Of a stretch of DNA of 64,000 nt, positions 36,257 to 46,812 are shown piece by piece (position 1 is the stretch's first letter; each line of letters begins with the position of its first letter). Made by a program: the position numbers and the translations under genes. The notes beneath the pieces are model-generated. The model did not search any database and was not told the DNA's origin. It was given only the letters and a program-made list of their open reading frames with translations. Source of the DNA: a virus (taxonomy: Duplodnaviria > Caudoviricetes); the IMG/VR virus record IMGVR_UViG_2859720988_000003; one strand, given 5' to 3'.

Positions 36257-37455
36257 TGGCAACCATTAATCGTGACGGGGCCAGCGGCACCACGCTGAGT
36301 GAATATCTGGATACTATGCGCCAGCGTTATCTTGCTATTGATGATGGCTGGAATATTAACCCGGAATCACCAGATGGTATGGCAATAGCGGTCTGGTGTG
36401 AGGCATTAGCTAATTTGGATGAAGCGGTAATTAATGCCTATCATGCAGCCGATCCCAATTCAGCGATTGACCAACAATTAGACCGCATTGCTGCGTTCGC
36501 TGGAATCAAACGCAAAAGTGCGACCTATTCAACTGCCACCGTTAATTTTAGCGGTATCGCTTTTACGCCGATCAATGCCGGGACATTAATCAGAAATAGG
36601 GCGACTAATACCTTATGGGCGACCGATGGTGATGTTGTTACTGACGCGGCAGGGAATGCGACGGTGAATGTTACTTGTACGCTGGCAGGGGCGCAGGGGG
36701 CCAATAGTCATAATCTGACCATTATTGCCACACCGATCGGCGGCATTACGGTGGTGACAAATAACACTGCAGCGTCAATGGGATTGGATAAAGAAACCAA
36801 TAACGCATTTCGCATCCGGCGCAATGAATCAGTGGCGTTACCTGGCTCCAATCAGATTGATAATATTTATGCGGCGCTGGTGAATATTGATGATGTTAAA
36901 CGGGCGCGGATTTATGAAAATTTTGAGGATCAAGCCGACGAGAATGGGGTGCTCGGTCACTCAATGGCGATATTTGTTGATGGTGGCAGCATCGAGGATG
37001 TTATTAACAGTATTGCCATCAATAAAAGCCCCGGTTGTGGGTTAAACCGTTATAACACTTTCCCCAATAAAATCTCGTTGGATACTGTTACCCCAAAAGG
37101 TAACCCGATCACCGTAACCTTTTTTCGCCCCCAACTAATACCGGTTTATGTACGGGTAGAGATCGCCAGTAATAGCGAATTTATTGACGAAGAGATAAAA
37201 CAGGCGATTGTCGATTACAGCATTACCGGTTTTGATCAGACCAATGGCTTTTCTAAGTTGGGCTTTAAAATTGGTGAAAGTATTGGTGCGGGCCGTTTAT
37301 TTACCCCAGTCAATTATCTGGTGGCCGGTAATGGTTTTGTGAATGTGATTACCGTCGGTACAGCAGCGGAGCAGGTTAATGAGAATGCAGTAAGAATAGC
37401 CTTTAATCAGCTCGGGGTGTTCAGTACTGAGAATATCGAGGTGGTCTATGTATAA
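36256..37455 (+). CDS. Baseplate J/gp47 family protein
   Basis: DPNSA...LDRIAAFAGIKR, G.DKETN..FR.RR. Confidence 0.85.
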   Translation: MATINRDGASGTTLSEYLDTMRQRYLAIDDGWNINPESPDGMAIAVWCEALANLDEAVINAYHAADPNSAIDQQLDRIAAFAGIKRKSATYSTATVNFSGIAFTPINAGTLIRNRATNTLWATDGDVVTDAAGNATVNVTCTLAGAQGANSHNLTIIATPIGGITVVTNNTAASMGLDKETNNAFRIRRNESVALPGSNQIDNIYAALVNIDDVKRARIYENFEDQADENGVLGHSMAIFVDGGSIEDVINSIAINKSPGCGLNRYNTFPNKISLDTVTPKGNPITVTFFRPQLIPVYVRVEIASNSEFIDEEIKQAIVDYSITGFDQTNGFSKLGFKIGESIGAGRLFTPVNYLVAGNGFVNVITVGTAAEQVNENAVRIAFNQLGVFSTENIEVVYV

Positions 37456-38092
37456 CCACCGTAAAAAAGCGCTGTCACGGATTTACCTGCAATATAAAAA
37501 CGCGCCGAAACTGCTTGAATGGATCAGTATTTTACCGGACATCAGCCAATCTGCACTGGAAGAGCAGATCACTAAAATCAATAACCTGTTGGATATTGAT
37601 AATGCCGAGGGCGATCAACTGGATATCTGTGGCCGCATTGCCGGATTTACTGAGCGGCCACTCATCCGCAGCGATTACTTATCGATATTTGCTTATAACG
37701 GTACCGGCGGTGCACAGCCCTATAATGTTGCGCCGTATAAAGCGCCGCATGAACAAATCGGCAAAGTTCCGGTGTCGGATTATCTCTATCGCGTATTAAT
37801 CAAAGCCAAGATCCAGAAAAACAACACCAACGCCACCTTGGATGAAATCAAAACTGCCGTTGATTACATTCTGGATGTTAATTCCGCCATCATCGATGGG
37901 CAGGATATGACCATGAAAACTATCTGGGTCGATAAACCGATCCCCGCTAATGTCTTAGTGCTTATTCAGCTGTTTGATTTAATCCCCCGACCGCAAGGCG
38001 TCAAAGCCAGCCTGATCCGCGTTAACCATCATCCCTTTGCCTATAAAGGCACCTTCGACGCTCAGCCATACGGCATGGGTGCTTATATCTAA
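37448..38092 (+). CDS. DUF2612 baseplate protein
   Basis: DIDNAEGDQLDICGRIAG, YRVLIKAKI, PRPQGV. Confidence 0.8.
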   Translation: MYNHRKKALSRIYLQYKNAPKLLEWISILPDISQSALEEQITKINNLLDIDNAEGDQLDICGRIAGFTERPLIRSDYLSIFAYNGTGGAQPYNVAPYKAPHEQIGKVPVSDYLYRVLIKAKIQKNNTNATLDEIKTAVDYILDVNSAIIDGQDMTMKTIWVDKPIPANVLVLIQLFDLIPRPQGVKASLIRVNHHPFAYKGTFDAQPYGMGAYI

Positions 38093-38105
38093 TTGGAGCC
38101 AATAT

Positions 38106-39128
38106 ATGGCCAGAAATGACAGCTTTAATCAGCCGTGGGCCAGTGTGCCTGCACAATTTGAACGCCCCGGCGATGGACTGATTGCGCGTGGTTGGGCAGG
38201 GGGTGCATCAGAGGATCCGCCCGAGGCCAAGTGGGAAAACTGGTGGCATAATCGGGTGGATTTAGCCTTGCAGGAATTGCAAAACCTTGGGCAGCTAATT
38301 TGGTTTACTGATGCCCCCTACCAGGCAGGGGCGAGAGTGAGTCACGGTGGCAATAGCTATATTGCATTGTCAGAAAACACCGGCGTAGAACCCACTGGCG
38401 CATTAGATATTGGTGTGTGGCGTAAAGAGGGGGACAGCACCTATTTGCAAACGGCTAATAACCTCGCTGAAATCGCCGCGGCAGGGCCGGAGGCAATAGC
38501 TGCCGCCATTGCTAACCTTGGCTTAACGGATACCGCAGCCATTGCCACCAATGCATTACAGAAAAACCAAAATCTCAACGATGTAGCAGATAAAACCGCC
38601 GCACGAACCAATTTAGGGCTTAAAGGGGCGGCAGTGCTGGATGTAGGGACTATCGCTAACACTGTAGCTGCGGGCAATGACTCACGTATTGTTAATGCAG
38701 TTCAATCCACAAATACCGCCATCACATTACCCGGTAGTCTGACTACGGCAGGCACTGTAACAGGAGGTGGCATTTCATCTATTGGGGCGGTTTATGCAGG
38801 CAATACGGCGGCATGGTTAGCTGCGGATGGGAATGTCTACGGTTCAGTATGGGGCGGTTATTTAAGCACTTATATTGCCAATGTAATAGCGCAAGCCAGA
38901 GTTCCAGACACTTACGGTATTGGCTCCTATGCTTTCGCGATCAATTCTACCAATGTCGGAAATGCCGTTAATCCGGGGGATGTGAAAGCGGGCAGTGAAC
39001 TAAAGTGGAATAACGTTGCAAACTACAATAACGGACAAACACTATTAACCGGGACATGGCGTTGCCAAGGTTTTGCGGCGGTTAATGATGGTCTTACCCG
39101 AAACACATTATGGATGCGTATCTCATGA
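38106..39128 (+). CDS. Tail fibre protein
   Basis: LQKNQNLNDVADKTAARTNLGL, DGNVYGSVWGGYLS, GTWRCQG. Confidence 0.85.
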   Translation: MARNDSFNQPWASVPAQFERPGDGLIARGWAGGASEDPPEAKWENWWHNRVDLALQELQNLGQLIWFTDAPYQAGARVSHGGNSYIALSENTGVEPTGALDIGVWRKEGDSTYLQTANNLAEIAAAGPEAIAAAIANLGLTDTAAIATNALQKNQNLNDVADKTAARTNLGLKGAAVLDVGTIANTVAAGNDSRIVNAVQSTNTAITLPGSLTTAGTVTGGGISSIGAVYAGNTAAWLAADGNVYGSVWGGYLSTYIANVIAQARVPDTYGIGSYAFAINSTNVGNAVNPGDVKAGSELKWNNVANYNNGQTLLTGTWRCQGFAAVNDGLTRNTLWMRIS

Positions 39129-39598
39129 TTAATGATATAGATAAAATTACTGCCACCGCGCCCCGCTCACGGAATATCGAGCACTATATTGATGTTACGA
39201 TCACTGACAATATCGCCGGTGGAACCTTTAATTTCAGTGCCGCGCCAGTAGATTCTATGGCGTATTGTGTTGAGATCTACCAGCGAGCTTTAGCCGGGGA
39301 TTATGGTGTTGTATCAGTCTGTCCCGATGATGGCAATTATTATGAATGGGATGGCTCCGGCTGGGTGCTGGCAAGAACCCATGCAGAACTAGAGCAAGAG
39401 GCAGATGAACACAAGAAAGCCAATTTATTAACGTTAGCCGCAGAGGCTATTGCACCGCTTCAGGACGCAGTTGATCTGGCAATGGCAACGGAGCGCGAAA
39501 AAGAATTGATTACCGCATGGAAGAAATATCGGGTTCTCTTAATGAGAATTGATATAGCGCAATCGCCTGATATTATCTGGCCGGTGGTACCAGAGTAA
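39125..39598 (+). CDS. Tail fibre assembly chaperone
   Basis: IAPLQDAVDL.MAT..E...AWKKYRVLL.RID...PDIIWP..PE. Confidence 0.88.
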   Translation: MINDIDKITATAPRSRNIEHYIDVTITDNIAGGTFNFSAAPVDSMAYCVEIYQRALAGDYGVVSVCPDDGNYYEWDGSGWVLARTHAELEQEADEHKKANLLTLAAEAIAPLQDAVDLAMATEREKELITAWKKYRVLLMRIDIAQSPDIIWPVVPE

Positions 39599-39603
39599 CC
39601 AAT

Positions 39604-39623
39604 GCCGGGCGCTATCGCCCGGC
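39604..39623. terminator. Bidirectional terminator hairpin
   Basis: GCCGGGCG-CTAT-CGCCCGGC between convergent genes. Confidence 0.7.
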
Positions 39624-39634
39624 TAATTGTATAT

Positions 39635-41599
39635 TTACTTTACATCTGAAAAGTATTTTTTATAGACACCAGTTTCAATAAATCGTTTGGCAGCCATCAA
39701 TGAACTGTCAATTGAGATATGAGCACCGTCAAGAGAGTAGGGGATCTCTATTCCATTGTAATGGTATGAGTCACTTTCATCAAATATGTCATCTTTTTTG
39801 ATGAATTTTATATACCCATCTTTTTCTAATTGCGAGAAGATAATATCCATCTTTTGGGTATCATCATCTTTTTTATTGGAATTACCTTTTAATCTAAACG
39901 GTAAATCATTGACTCCCGCAGCGATAAAATTAGCAAAAACATTGATGTCGTATTGTGTTGGGGATGCCATTACATACACTTTCACCCCTTTAGATTTGGC
40001 ATATTTAATTACATCAACAATTTCATTTTGATAACCTTTGCGATATAAATCAAACCAGATGCCAGAAAATATAACGAAATCATATTTTGAAATATTATCT
40101 TTTAGATATTCTCTATTTAACAGGCACTGTTTATAGGCCACTCGTGTTTTAGTGCCATTGGTTGAATCCGTTAAACTCGGGAAACACCAGTTAGTGGTGA
40201 CGGAATCTACTGATATACCGAGTTTCTTCGCGACTTCATCGACGAAGGGTTCATAATGCCCGGCAAAAGAGTCACCAAAAAGCAGACCTTTTGGCTTCAA
40301 TGACTTAATCCCCAGTTTGCACACTGATTTTTCCATTGAGATGATGGGGTCGGACTCACCGTCAACATTATAAAAACAATAACCATTATCTCGGTTTGGC
40401 ATTACATGAAATGATTGTATTTTTGCATAAAGTTCAACGGTTTCTTTATCTGCCATAATGCCGCGATCGAGCGTACTGTGCCTAACTGTCAGTGCCAGCA
40501 CACCAACGACCAGTGTACACAGTGATATATAGACCAGGTTAGAGGTAGTGGATAATTTGGCGAAAACTTTCCGTGATGGATTTTCCACCAACTTAAGAGA
40601 TAATTCACCTAATATCACGGTAGCAACTAAAGCCAGCAGCACCCATTTATAGTTACTGAGTAAACTTAAATAAGTTAATGCGACGACAATAGGCCAATGC
40701 CATAAATAGATAGAATAGGAACTGGCCCCCAACTTTTGAGCGATAATGTTAGCGGTGAAAATTGATTTTTGCCGCGCAGAAATCAGTACCAGCACCGCGC
40801 CGGCTACCGGTAATAGCGCATTTGAGCCGGGCCAAACAATTGATGAGTTAAATAGCACAATTGACGCAGAGATAAATACTATGCCGATAACTTCTGTACA
40901 TCTCGCCAGAGTCTCCGGCATGGCCTTTCTACGCGTTACCCACCAAGCCATCCCCCCAGCCAGCATTTCCCACATTCTGGTTGGCAGAAGGTAAAACGCC
41001 GCTGACGGCCAGCGTTGTGAAGCATAGATAGAAAGGCACAGTGATAGGAATCCTAGTGCGAATAAGGCAAATTTAACGGCCTTGTAATTGATGAACTTCC
41101 ACAGCACAAAAATGATAATAGGCAGAATAATATAAAACTGCCACTCCACAGAAAGTGACCAGGTATGTAACAACCACTTTTCATGTGAGGACGCATCGAA
41201 ATAACCCGATTCACGCCAAAATTTAATATTCGATATAAAAAAGAGTGTATTTACCACATGGGTTGCTAGCAATTTATAATTCTGTTCAGGCAGCCAGAAC
41301 CAACCAAAAATTAATAGCGCAAAACATAGCACCAAAAGCATGGGAATAATTCTTCGCGCTCTGGCCAGATAAAACTGTAAGAATGAAAAATTGCCAGACT
41401 CCATGCCAGAAACGATGATCCGGGTCATTAAAAAGCCGGAGATGACAAAGAAAACATCCACACCGACAAACCCACCCGAGAACCCTGGTACACCAAAATG
41501 GTACAGAACAACGGCAATAACCGCCCATGCTCTAAGACCATTGATATCATTACGAAATTTATTAGATGCTGTTTTTTGTGTTGGAGTTGTTGCTAACAT
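39635..41599 (-). CDS. OafA-like acyltransferase-3 + SGNH O-antigen acetyltransferase
   Basis: FRNDINGLRAWAV, GVDVFFVISGFLM, HTWSLSVEWQFY, SYSIYLWHWP, GDSFA, DGAH. Confidence 0.9.
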   Translation of the reverse strand: MLATTPTQKTASNKFRNDINGLRAWAVIAVVLYHFGVPGFSGGFVGVDVFFVISGFLMTRIIVSGMESGNFSFLQFYLARARRIIPMLLVLCFALLIFGWFWLPEQNYKLLATHVVNTLFFISNIKFWRESGYFDASSHEKWLLHTWSLSVEWQFYIILPIIIFVLWKFINYKAVKFALFALGFLSLCLSIYASQRWPSAAFYLLPTRMWEMLAGGMAWWVTRRKAMPETLARCTEVIGIVFISASIVLFNSSIVWPGSNALLPVAGAVLVLISARQKSIFTANIIAQKLGASSYSIYLWHWPIVVALTYLSLLSNYKWVLLALVATVILGELSLKLVENPSRKVFAKLSTTSNLVYISLCTLVVGVLALTVRHSTLDRGIMADKETVELYAKIQSFHVMPNRDNGYCFYNVDGESDPIISMEKSVCKLGIKSLKPKGLLFGDSFAGHYEPFVDEVAKKLGISVDSVTTNWCFPSLTDSTNGTKTRVAYKQCLLNREYLKDNISKYDFVIFSGIWFDLYRKGYQNEIVDVIKYAKSKGVKVYVMASPTQYDINVFANFIAAGVNDLPFRLKGNSNKKDDDTQKMDIIFSQLEKDGYIKFIKKDDIFDESDSYHYNGIEIPYSLDGAHISIDSSLMAAKRFIETGVYKKYFSDVK

Positions 41600-42275
41600 T
41601 AAGATGACTGCCTGCTGTTAAATTTTTCAAAAAACATCCATGTTTGAATGACGCTATTCTAACAGTTGTGTCGATTGATCAATAGACTGTCATGGTTATG
41701 TAATTTTTCAGTGAGGAGGAAGAAAAGAGTTAAGCTAGCCATTTAGCTTGCAGCAGCGAAGCGCTATCAAGAAGCTCTGAGTTTAATCGCTCGGTCTATT
41801 CATCTATTCATTGCATTTTTGGTCGGTGACTTAAAAATGAGACCAATCATCTGTAGCAACTCATACTTAATCAGAAACCTTTGCTAGGTCTGACAGTCGG
41901 CTTAGTGCCAAGAGCGGATGTTGGTTGTATCGTGCAATGCTGATTTATTAGGAGCCGGTAAAGCCAACTTGAACTACCAAACCGAATTACCAAAAGTGAT
42001 CGAGGTGATGGCTGTTGCACATTCTCAGTACCGCTTAACCGGATCAGGTTTAGACTGACTCAACTATGATGCATAGTATTTACGTCAAAGCGGGCTTGCT
42101 GTAAATTCTATAGCTTACAGGGTGATAAGCCGTACGGAACTAAATTCTATTAACATGCTGGCGATTGACGGGGAATAAAACAGGCTATTACTAGTTTTAA
42201 AGATCACAATATAAAATAATACTAATTAAAAGAAAGCGAACATTGACAGTTGAATAACTCACATAAAGGGTTAAT

Positions 42276-43292
42276 ATGAGCTTTAAAAACAAGACTAAAA
42301 ATCAGCATTTTATCTCTCGCATTGAGCAACGATTGAATGCAATCAATTTAAATTCCGAAAAAGATAGTATGAAAATTTACTCGTTTTTATTACTGGAGCG
42401 AAATGAATACAAGGTTGAGTTGGAATCCAAAAGCGCTAATAAAATATCAAGTAATCTTGCCTATATTGACCTCTATAGTTTTGACTTTCTAGATAATGGA
42501 ATTAGGCATAACTTCGAAAAGGCTTTTGGGAAGTATGAGGAAAAAATTCATGCGTCTACACTGACTTTCATTAATAAAATTGAAAGCAATAGCAATGATA
42601 TTTTAGACGAGCTAAACGATGTCTTAGCCATGAAATTCCTTAACTTCATAAGGAATCCTTTTAACATAAAAAAAGTTTTGAACACGTTTGGTGCTTTGGC
42701 TGACTACTATCCATTAAACAGTAAACTACGCGCCGAATACGATAAAATAGAGAAAAGAGATGATAAAGGCGTGGACAGGATCTGCCATCTTTTTGACGTT
42801 GAAAAACACCAGTATTTCAAATGGATGAGGGTTATGTTTCTAATTTTGATGGATTCAGGAAATAAAGGAAGAAATATGTTAGATGACATCATTTACCAGT
42901 TTGTCACTGATAAAAAACAGGCAACGGCTGTTTGGGTTTATAAATTTACTGATGAAAACGCAGATAAAAAAGTATGCCTATCCGATAGATCGTTCGTAGA
43001 CCTCGCTGGCCCAGAAAATGGTAGCTTGGTTATGGCTTTTAATCTCACGGCCAATTGCTTCATAAAACTTGCTATGATCGATGTGAGAACTTTTTTGGAA
43101 AAAAATCCAGAGCGACCAGATACGGTTGAAAACTTAATGGCAATTTTAGAGAACATACCTAAAAACATTGAAATAAGATTACTTTTAAATGATGAATATG
43201 CTCTTGAGGCACTAGCCCATTACAATAGAACAGCAATTCTTCAATGTCACAAAAGGGTTTATTGTTCATCTTCTAATATCTATGGGTTATAA
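42276..43292 (+). CDS. DUF4238-like protein
   Basis: N-terminal KNQHFISRIEQRLN; AT-rich cargo. Confidence 0.6.
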   Translation: MSFKNKTKNQHFISRIEQRLNAINLNSEKDSMKIYSFLLLERNEYKVELESKSANKISSNLAYIDLYSFDFLDNGIRHNFEKAFGKYEEKIHASTLTFINKIESNSNDILDELNDVLAMKFLNFIRNPFNIKKVLNTFGALADYYPLNSKLRAEYDKIEKRDDKGVDRICHLFDVEKHQYFKWMRVMFLILMDSGNKGRNMLDDIIYQFVTDKKQATAVWVYKFTDENADKKVCLSDRSFVDLAGPENGSLVMAFNLTANCFIKLAMIDVRTFLEKNPERPDTVENLMAILENIPKNIEIRLLLNDEYALEALAHYNRTAILQCHKRVYCSSSNIYGL

Positions 43293-43793
43293 ACTGATTT
43301 ATTTCAAGGTGGGCTGAGGGATTCCAAACCGTTAAATTTATTATTATGCACTGTTCAGACGCTTATATAAAGGCTGTTGAGCATCCACTGTTTGTGGAAA
43401 TATAACATGATCTTTAAATAGTTATTGTCCACAAAATACAATAATTTGTAGTTGTCACTGATTTATATTATCAATATTTAGAGCGTGCAAGTTTAAGTAA
43501 CTCGGGCCAAACCTGACAACCAAGTGGAAAGTTCAGTACCACCTATTCAAAATTTGAACGAAACTTCCGCTCCTCGCTCACTACGGACTGTTAACTCGTC
43601 CGCTGCATGCCAGGAGCGGACATTTTACACATTCTGATCTGCTTCGTACCAAAAGCAGATGTTGTGAATATCGTGTTATCTTACTCTCTGGGAATTAGTA
43701 AAACTCTCGTTTGACGTAAACGCATTCAGCCGCTTACTCTAAGAAAAAGGGGGCGGCTGAAATAAGTACGTTACCTTACTGTTATGCTTTTCT

Positions 43794-45200
43794 CTATGAA
43801 TTAACCAGTCGTTGATAAGCAGAAACTCTTCCAATATTAGGGAGTTGAGGCAGCGTTGCAGATGCGATATAACCCAGGGCTTGAATTACAACTTGGTTAG
43901 TAGAAGCAAATGTTGCAGCCAAATTTTTATAACTCTCAGCACATCTAGCTATAGAAACTCTGGATACAAACTCACTATCCAAGACAAGTCTTACAAACTC
44001 TTTTAATTCGTTGTCACCAAACTTAGCAATCATCTGATCGTAATAATATACAGCTCCATTTGAAACGCCGTATCCATTACCCAACTTACACATTATTATG
44101 GTTTTGACATAATCCTTTCTTACTGCATCAGGAATAATTCCGGTACTGGATATATAAGCAGCTAAAGCTGAAGCATGAGGCGGTTCACTATGGAAATTAT
44201 TCCATCCACTGTGAGCTTGATATAGATTATCTATCTTTATCGACATTTCAACTGATAGTGTATCTGCAGGTAAATATGGCAAGCCACTAACAATAGTCAA
44301 AAATTCGTTTGCAGCATCACGCCGAGAGTTCTCGCCATTGGTAGCAAAGGACTGGTATTTTATGCCGCAGTTATATTTCGCACTATCAGATGCTAAGGTC
44401 CAACAATCATTTGCAATAGCTTTAATATTGTTTTTAATTTGCACTGATGCGGAATCATTTGTATACATTCCAAATATAGTTCGCAAGAGAGAATTTAGAG
44501 CATCTAAAGGTAGAGTTTGTAAGCCTGTTTTGATATGGGCTATGGCAGTCGAATCTAAAGACTCTTGTTTGATACTTAGCAGAAAGCGATTTACATTTAA
44601 GGCCGCTGGTTCTGGTTGCTTTGATATAACTTCTTTAATACATGTTTCCAACCAAGAAACCAATTGAAAACCAGTTAGCTGATTCTGGTTAGGATGTGCT
44701 GCGCTTGCCCAATTTCGCATATCCCTAATGTAGTCTAGGTGTTTAAAACCTAAATCTGAAAGCAGACCTGTTAGGTGACATCCCCTAATTAACTCCCACT
44801 CCTCAACCTTTACAAGGTCATCAATGGATTTTAATTTATCGCGTCTTTTAGGATCGGTTATTATGCTATCATAAAAATAATCAATATCATTTAATGAAAC
44901 CTTCCACCTCAAATTGGTTACAGTCTCATTCCAGAGGAAATTCAAAGCAGCATCAAAAAGACCTGCGCCGCATGCCGCGACAAATTTCGATAAATATAAT
45001 GAGTCAGACCGGGTTTGTACGGTCATGTTACTGATGACATCGGGAAGATTTGAAATAACTCTATGACGTTCTGAATTATCTACGAGAACATTATTTGTAG
45101 GCAAATCTAAACTTGATAGGTAGGTAGCAAGTGACGTGTTAAATTGGTCAACAACAGTTGTTACACTTTGTGTGTCAACAACTAATAAGTTATTTGCCAT
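43794..45200 (-). CDS. Hypothetical ~468-aa protein with HEPN-like R-x6-H motif
   Basis: GLFDAALNFLWNETV...LDYIRDMRNWASAAHPN. Confidence 0.65.
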   Translation of the reverse strand: MANNLLVVDTQSVTTVVDQFNTSLATYLSSLDLPTNNVLVDNSERHRVISNLPDVISNMTVQTRSDSLYLSKFVAACGAGLFDAALNFLWNETVTNLRWKVSLNDIDYFYDSIITDPKRRDKLKSIDDLVKVEEWELIRGCHLTGLLSDLGFKHLDYIRDMRNWASAAHPNQNQLTGFQLVSWLETCIKEVISKQPEPAALNVNRFLLSIKQESLDSTAIAHIKTGLQTLPLDALNSLLRTIFGMYTNDSASVQIKNNIKAIANDCWTLASDSAKYNCGIKYQSFATNGENSRRDAANEFLTIVSGLPYLPADTLSVEMSIKIDNLYQAHSGWNNFHSEPPHASALAAYISSTGIIPDAVRKDYVKTIIMCKLGNGYGVSNGAVYYYDQMIAKFGDNELKEFVRLVLDSEFVSRVSIARCAESYKNLAATFASTNQVVIQALGYIASATLPQLPNIGRVSAYQRLVNS

Positions 45201-45734
45201 GTTCATTCCTTTTCATCGATTTCATACCTCAGTCGAAAGTTCTGACAGAACCGATAACGACTTCATAAATTATTTAGGTAAGTCATTTGGGAAAACTTTA
45301 TAGGTCTCATTTTTTGTCACGGGCTTTTAATGTTAGAAACAATTTAAACTAGCTGAACCAACTGATGCAACTAAAAAACCAAGATCAGACTGGCATTTTA
45401 CCCACCAAAGTAGATTACAGGCCTGAGTGTAAGATACTTTTGTTGGCTTGCTTCCCATTACCAATGTCACTATATAGCTTGTAGTGTGACCATTATCACA
45501 CGATAAACTACTTCCGCTCCTCGCTCATAGCTGCCAGTCAGACTTAATCGTACCTTGCTACAAAACACAAGCCGAACGCATTAAACGTATCGAAATTTTT
45601 ACGAATGGTTCCGAATTAGCAGTTAACTATATGAATTTAAAGACTAGGTAAGTAAGGTAATGGAAGGTGTTTTTTACGATGATATTGATTTAATTGCTTG
45701 ATTTTAAAAATAAAAATTCTTTTAAATCTAAAAG

Positions 45735-45758
45735 AGGAATCGTATTCGGTCTTTTTTT
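45735..45758 (+). repeat. att core 1 (3' end of SdsR/RyeB sRNA)
   Basis: AGGAATCGTATTCGGTCTTTTTTT, identical copy at 55437-55460; resembles the enterobacterial SdsR 3' end as recalled. Confidence 0.8.
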
Positions 45759-45792
45759 ATCTGATTGATTTATATGGTTTTATTTTTAAGAT

Positions 45793-45831
45793 CCCGAAAT
45801 CCCCCGAAATCCCCCGAAATCTCCCCGAAAT
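45793..45831 (+). repeat. Integrase arm-type repeats (CCCGAAAT x4)
   Basis: Copies at 45793, 45803, 45813 and 45824, between the att core and an integrase stop codon. Confidence 0.65.
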
Positions 45832-45843
45832 CCTATACTCGGC

Positions 45844-45882
45844 CTAAATTTCTACCCACTCATTTTTGCGTGAATCCAGGTA
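45844..45882 (-). pseudogene. C-terminal stub of a tyrosine integrase
   Basis: Reads YLDSRKNEWVEI*, like lambda-Int-family ends; points at the att core. Confidence 0.55.
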
Positions 45883-45897
45883 ATCAAAGTAGTCACC

Positions 45898-46167
45898 TCC
45901 GAGACCTGGTGGCCTGAAAAGGCGGATCACCTTGTTTTCATTCGTGGTCGTATCGGTTTCGATCTCCCACACTGGTTTGTTCCGGCAGATGATAAGCAAG
46001 TACCGAGCGGGGCATTCTTCGCGGGTGCGATAGCGGTATTTGATAAGTCGTGGCGCGGGCCAGCAACAAGTTATGTCTCGTTAGATCAGCTTATGACCAC
46101 TGGCACGGCATTCTTAGCGCAGATCCGCAGAGAGACCGTGTGTTTGGCCTTAATGGGGGCCGCATGA
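45898..46167 (+). pseudogene. C-terminal fragment of a phage N6-adenine methyltransferase
   Basis: SETWWPEKADHLVFIRGRIGFDLPHWF...AFFAGAIAVFDKSWRGP; no start codon. Confidence 0.7.
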
Positions 46168-46811
46168 TAACAGCACCGCGAACTAAGTCCCCGAGAAAGA
46201 AAAAAACGGAGGTGCTGGGCGTGCTGTTACCTGGTGGCGGCATCAAGTACGCCACTGATCATGATCGTGAAACGATGAAGGGGGTGCCTGTTGGCACGCC
46301 AATTTCAATGAGTCCAATTGGTGACTGCCGCAATCTGAAGCATCACCGTAAATTCTGGAAACTGCTTGAGTTGGGTTTCTCTTATTGGGTGCCAGACTGG
46401 ACTTTTGTCAGTGCGCCGGAGGAATGGATAGCACACGAGGTGGCTAAAGCCGTGGGGAGTGCCGCTGGAGATCCGGGACTCTATGAGAATGTTACCAAGT
46501 CTATTGCTCAAGCAGTATTAGACAGGGTAATTAGGCAGCGCCAGAAGAGGTTTGATGGGGAGGCGGTAAAGACTGATGCAGCCTACTTCAACCACGTCAT
46601 GATTAAGGCAGGATTCTATGACCTTATGGCTAACCCTGAAGGCGGGACATTGAAACAGCGTTGGAGTATCGCGTTTGTGAATATGGATCAGGGTGCTTTT
46701 GACCGTATTTATAAAGGCGTGGCTGGTGTTATCTGGAATGAGACATTAGCCCAGCACTTTGATAACGAGTATGAAATGGAGCAGGCAGTTAACCAACTGC
46801 TGGAGTATTGA
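46164..46811 (+). CDS. DUF1367 family protein (second phage remnant)
   Basis: RNLKHHRKFWKLLELGFSYW, SIAFVNMD. Confidence 0.78.
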   Translation: MITAPRTKSPRKKKTEVLGVLLPGGGIKYATDHDRETMKGVPVGTPISMSPIGDCRNLKHHRKFWKLLELGFSYWVPDWTFVSAPEEWIAHEVAKAVGSAAGDPGLYENVTKSIAQAVLDRVIRQRQKRFDGEAVKTDAAYFNHVMIKAGFYDLMANPEGGTLKQRWSIAFVNMDQGAFDRIYKGVAGVIWNETLAQHFDNEYEMEQAVNQLLEY

Positions 46812-46812
46812 T

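Larger units (their letters stand above)
1..45758. mobile_element. Temperate prophage (lambdoid early region, contractile-tail morphogenesis block); left end outside window
   Basis: Continuous order: recombination, repressor/cro, replication, Q, lysis, terminase, portal, capsid, sheath/tube, baseplate, fibre, cargo, then att core at 45735-45758. Confidence 0.93.

Noticed and set aside
38106-39598. Tail-fibre diversification by DGR or invertase
   Set aside because: No reverse transcriptase, template repeat, invertase or inverted second fibre seen
41887-45831. CRISPR array or classical integron
   Set aside because: Repeats are irregularly spaced and separated by whole genes; no cas or intI gene is visible
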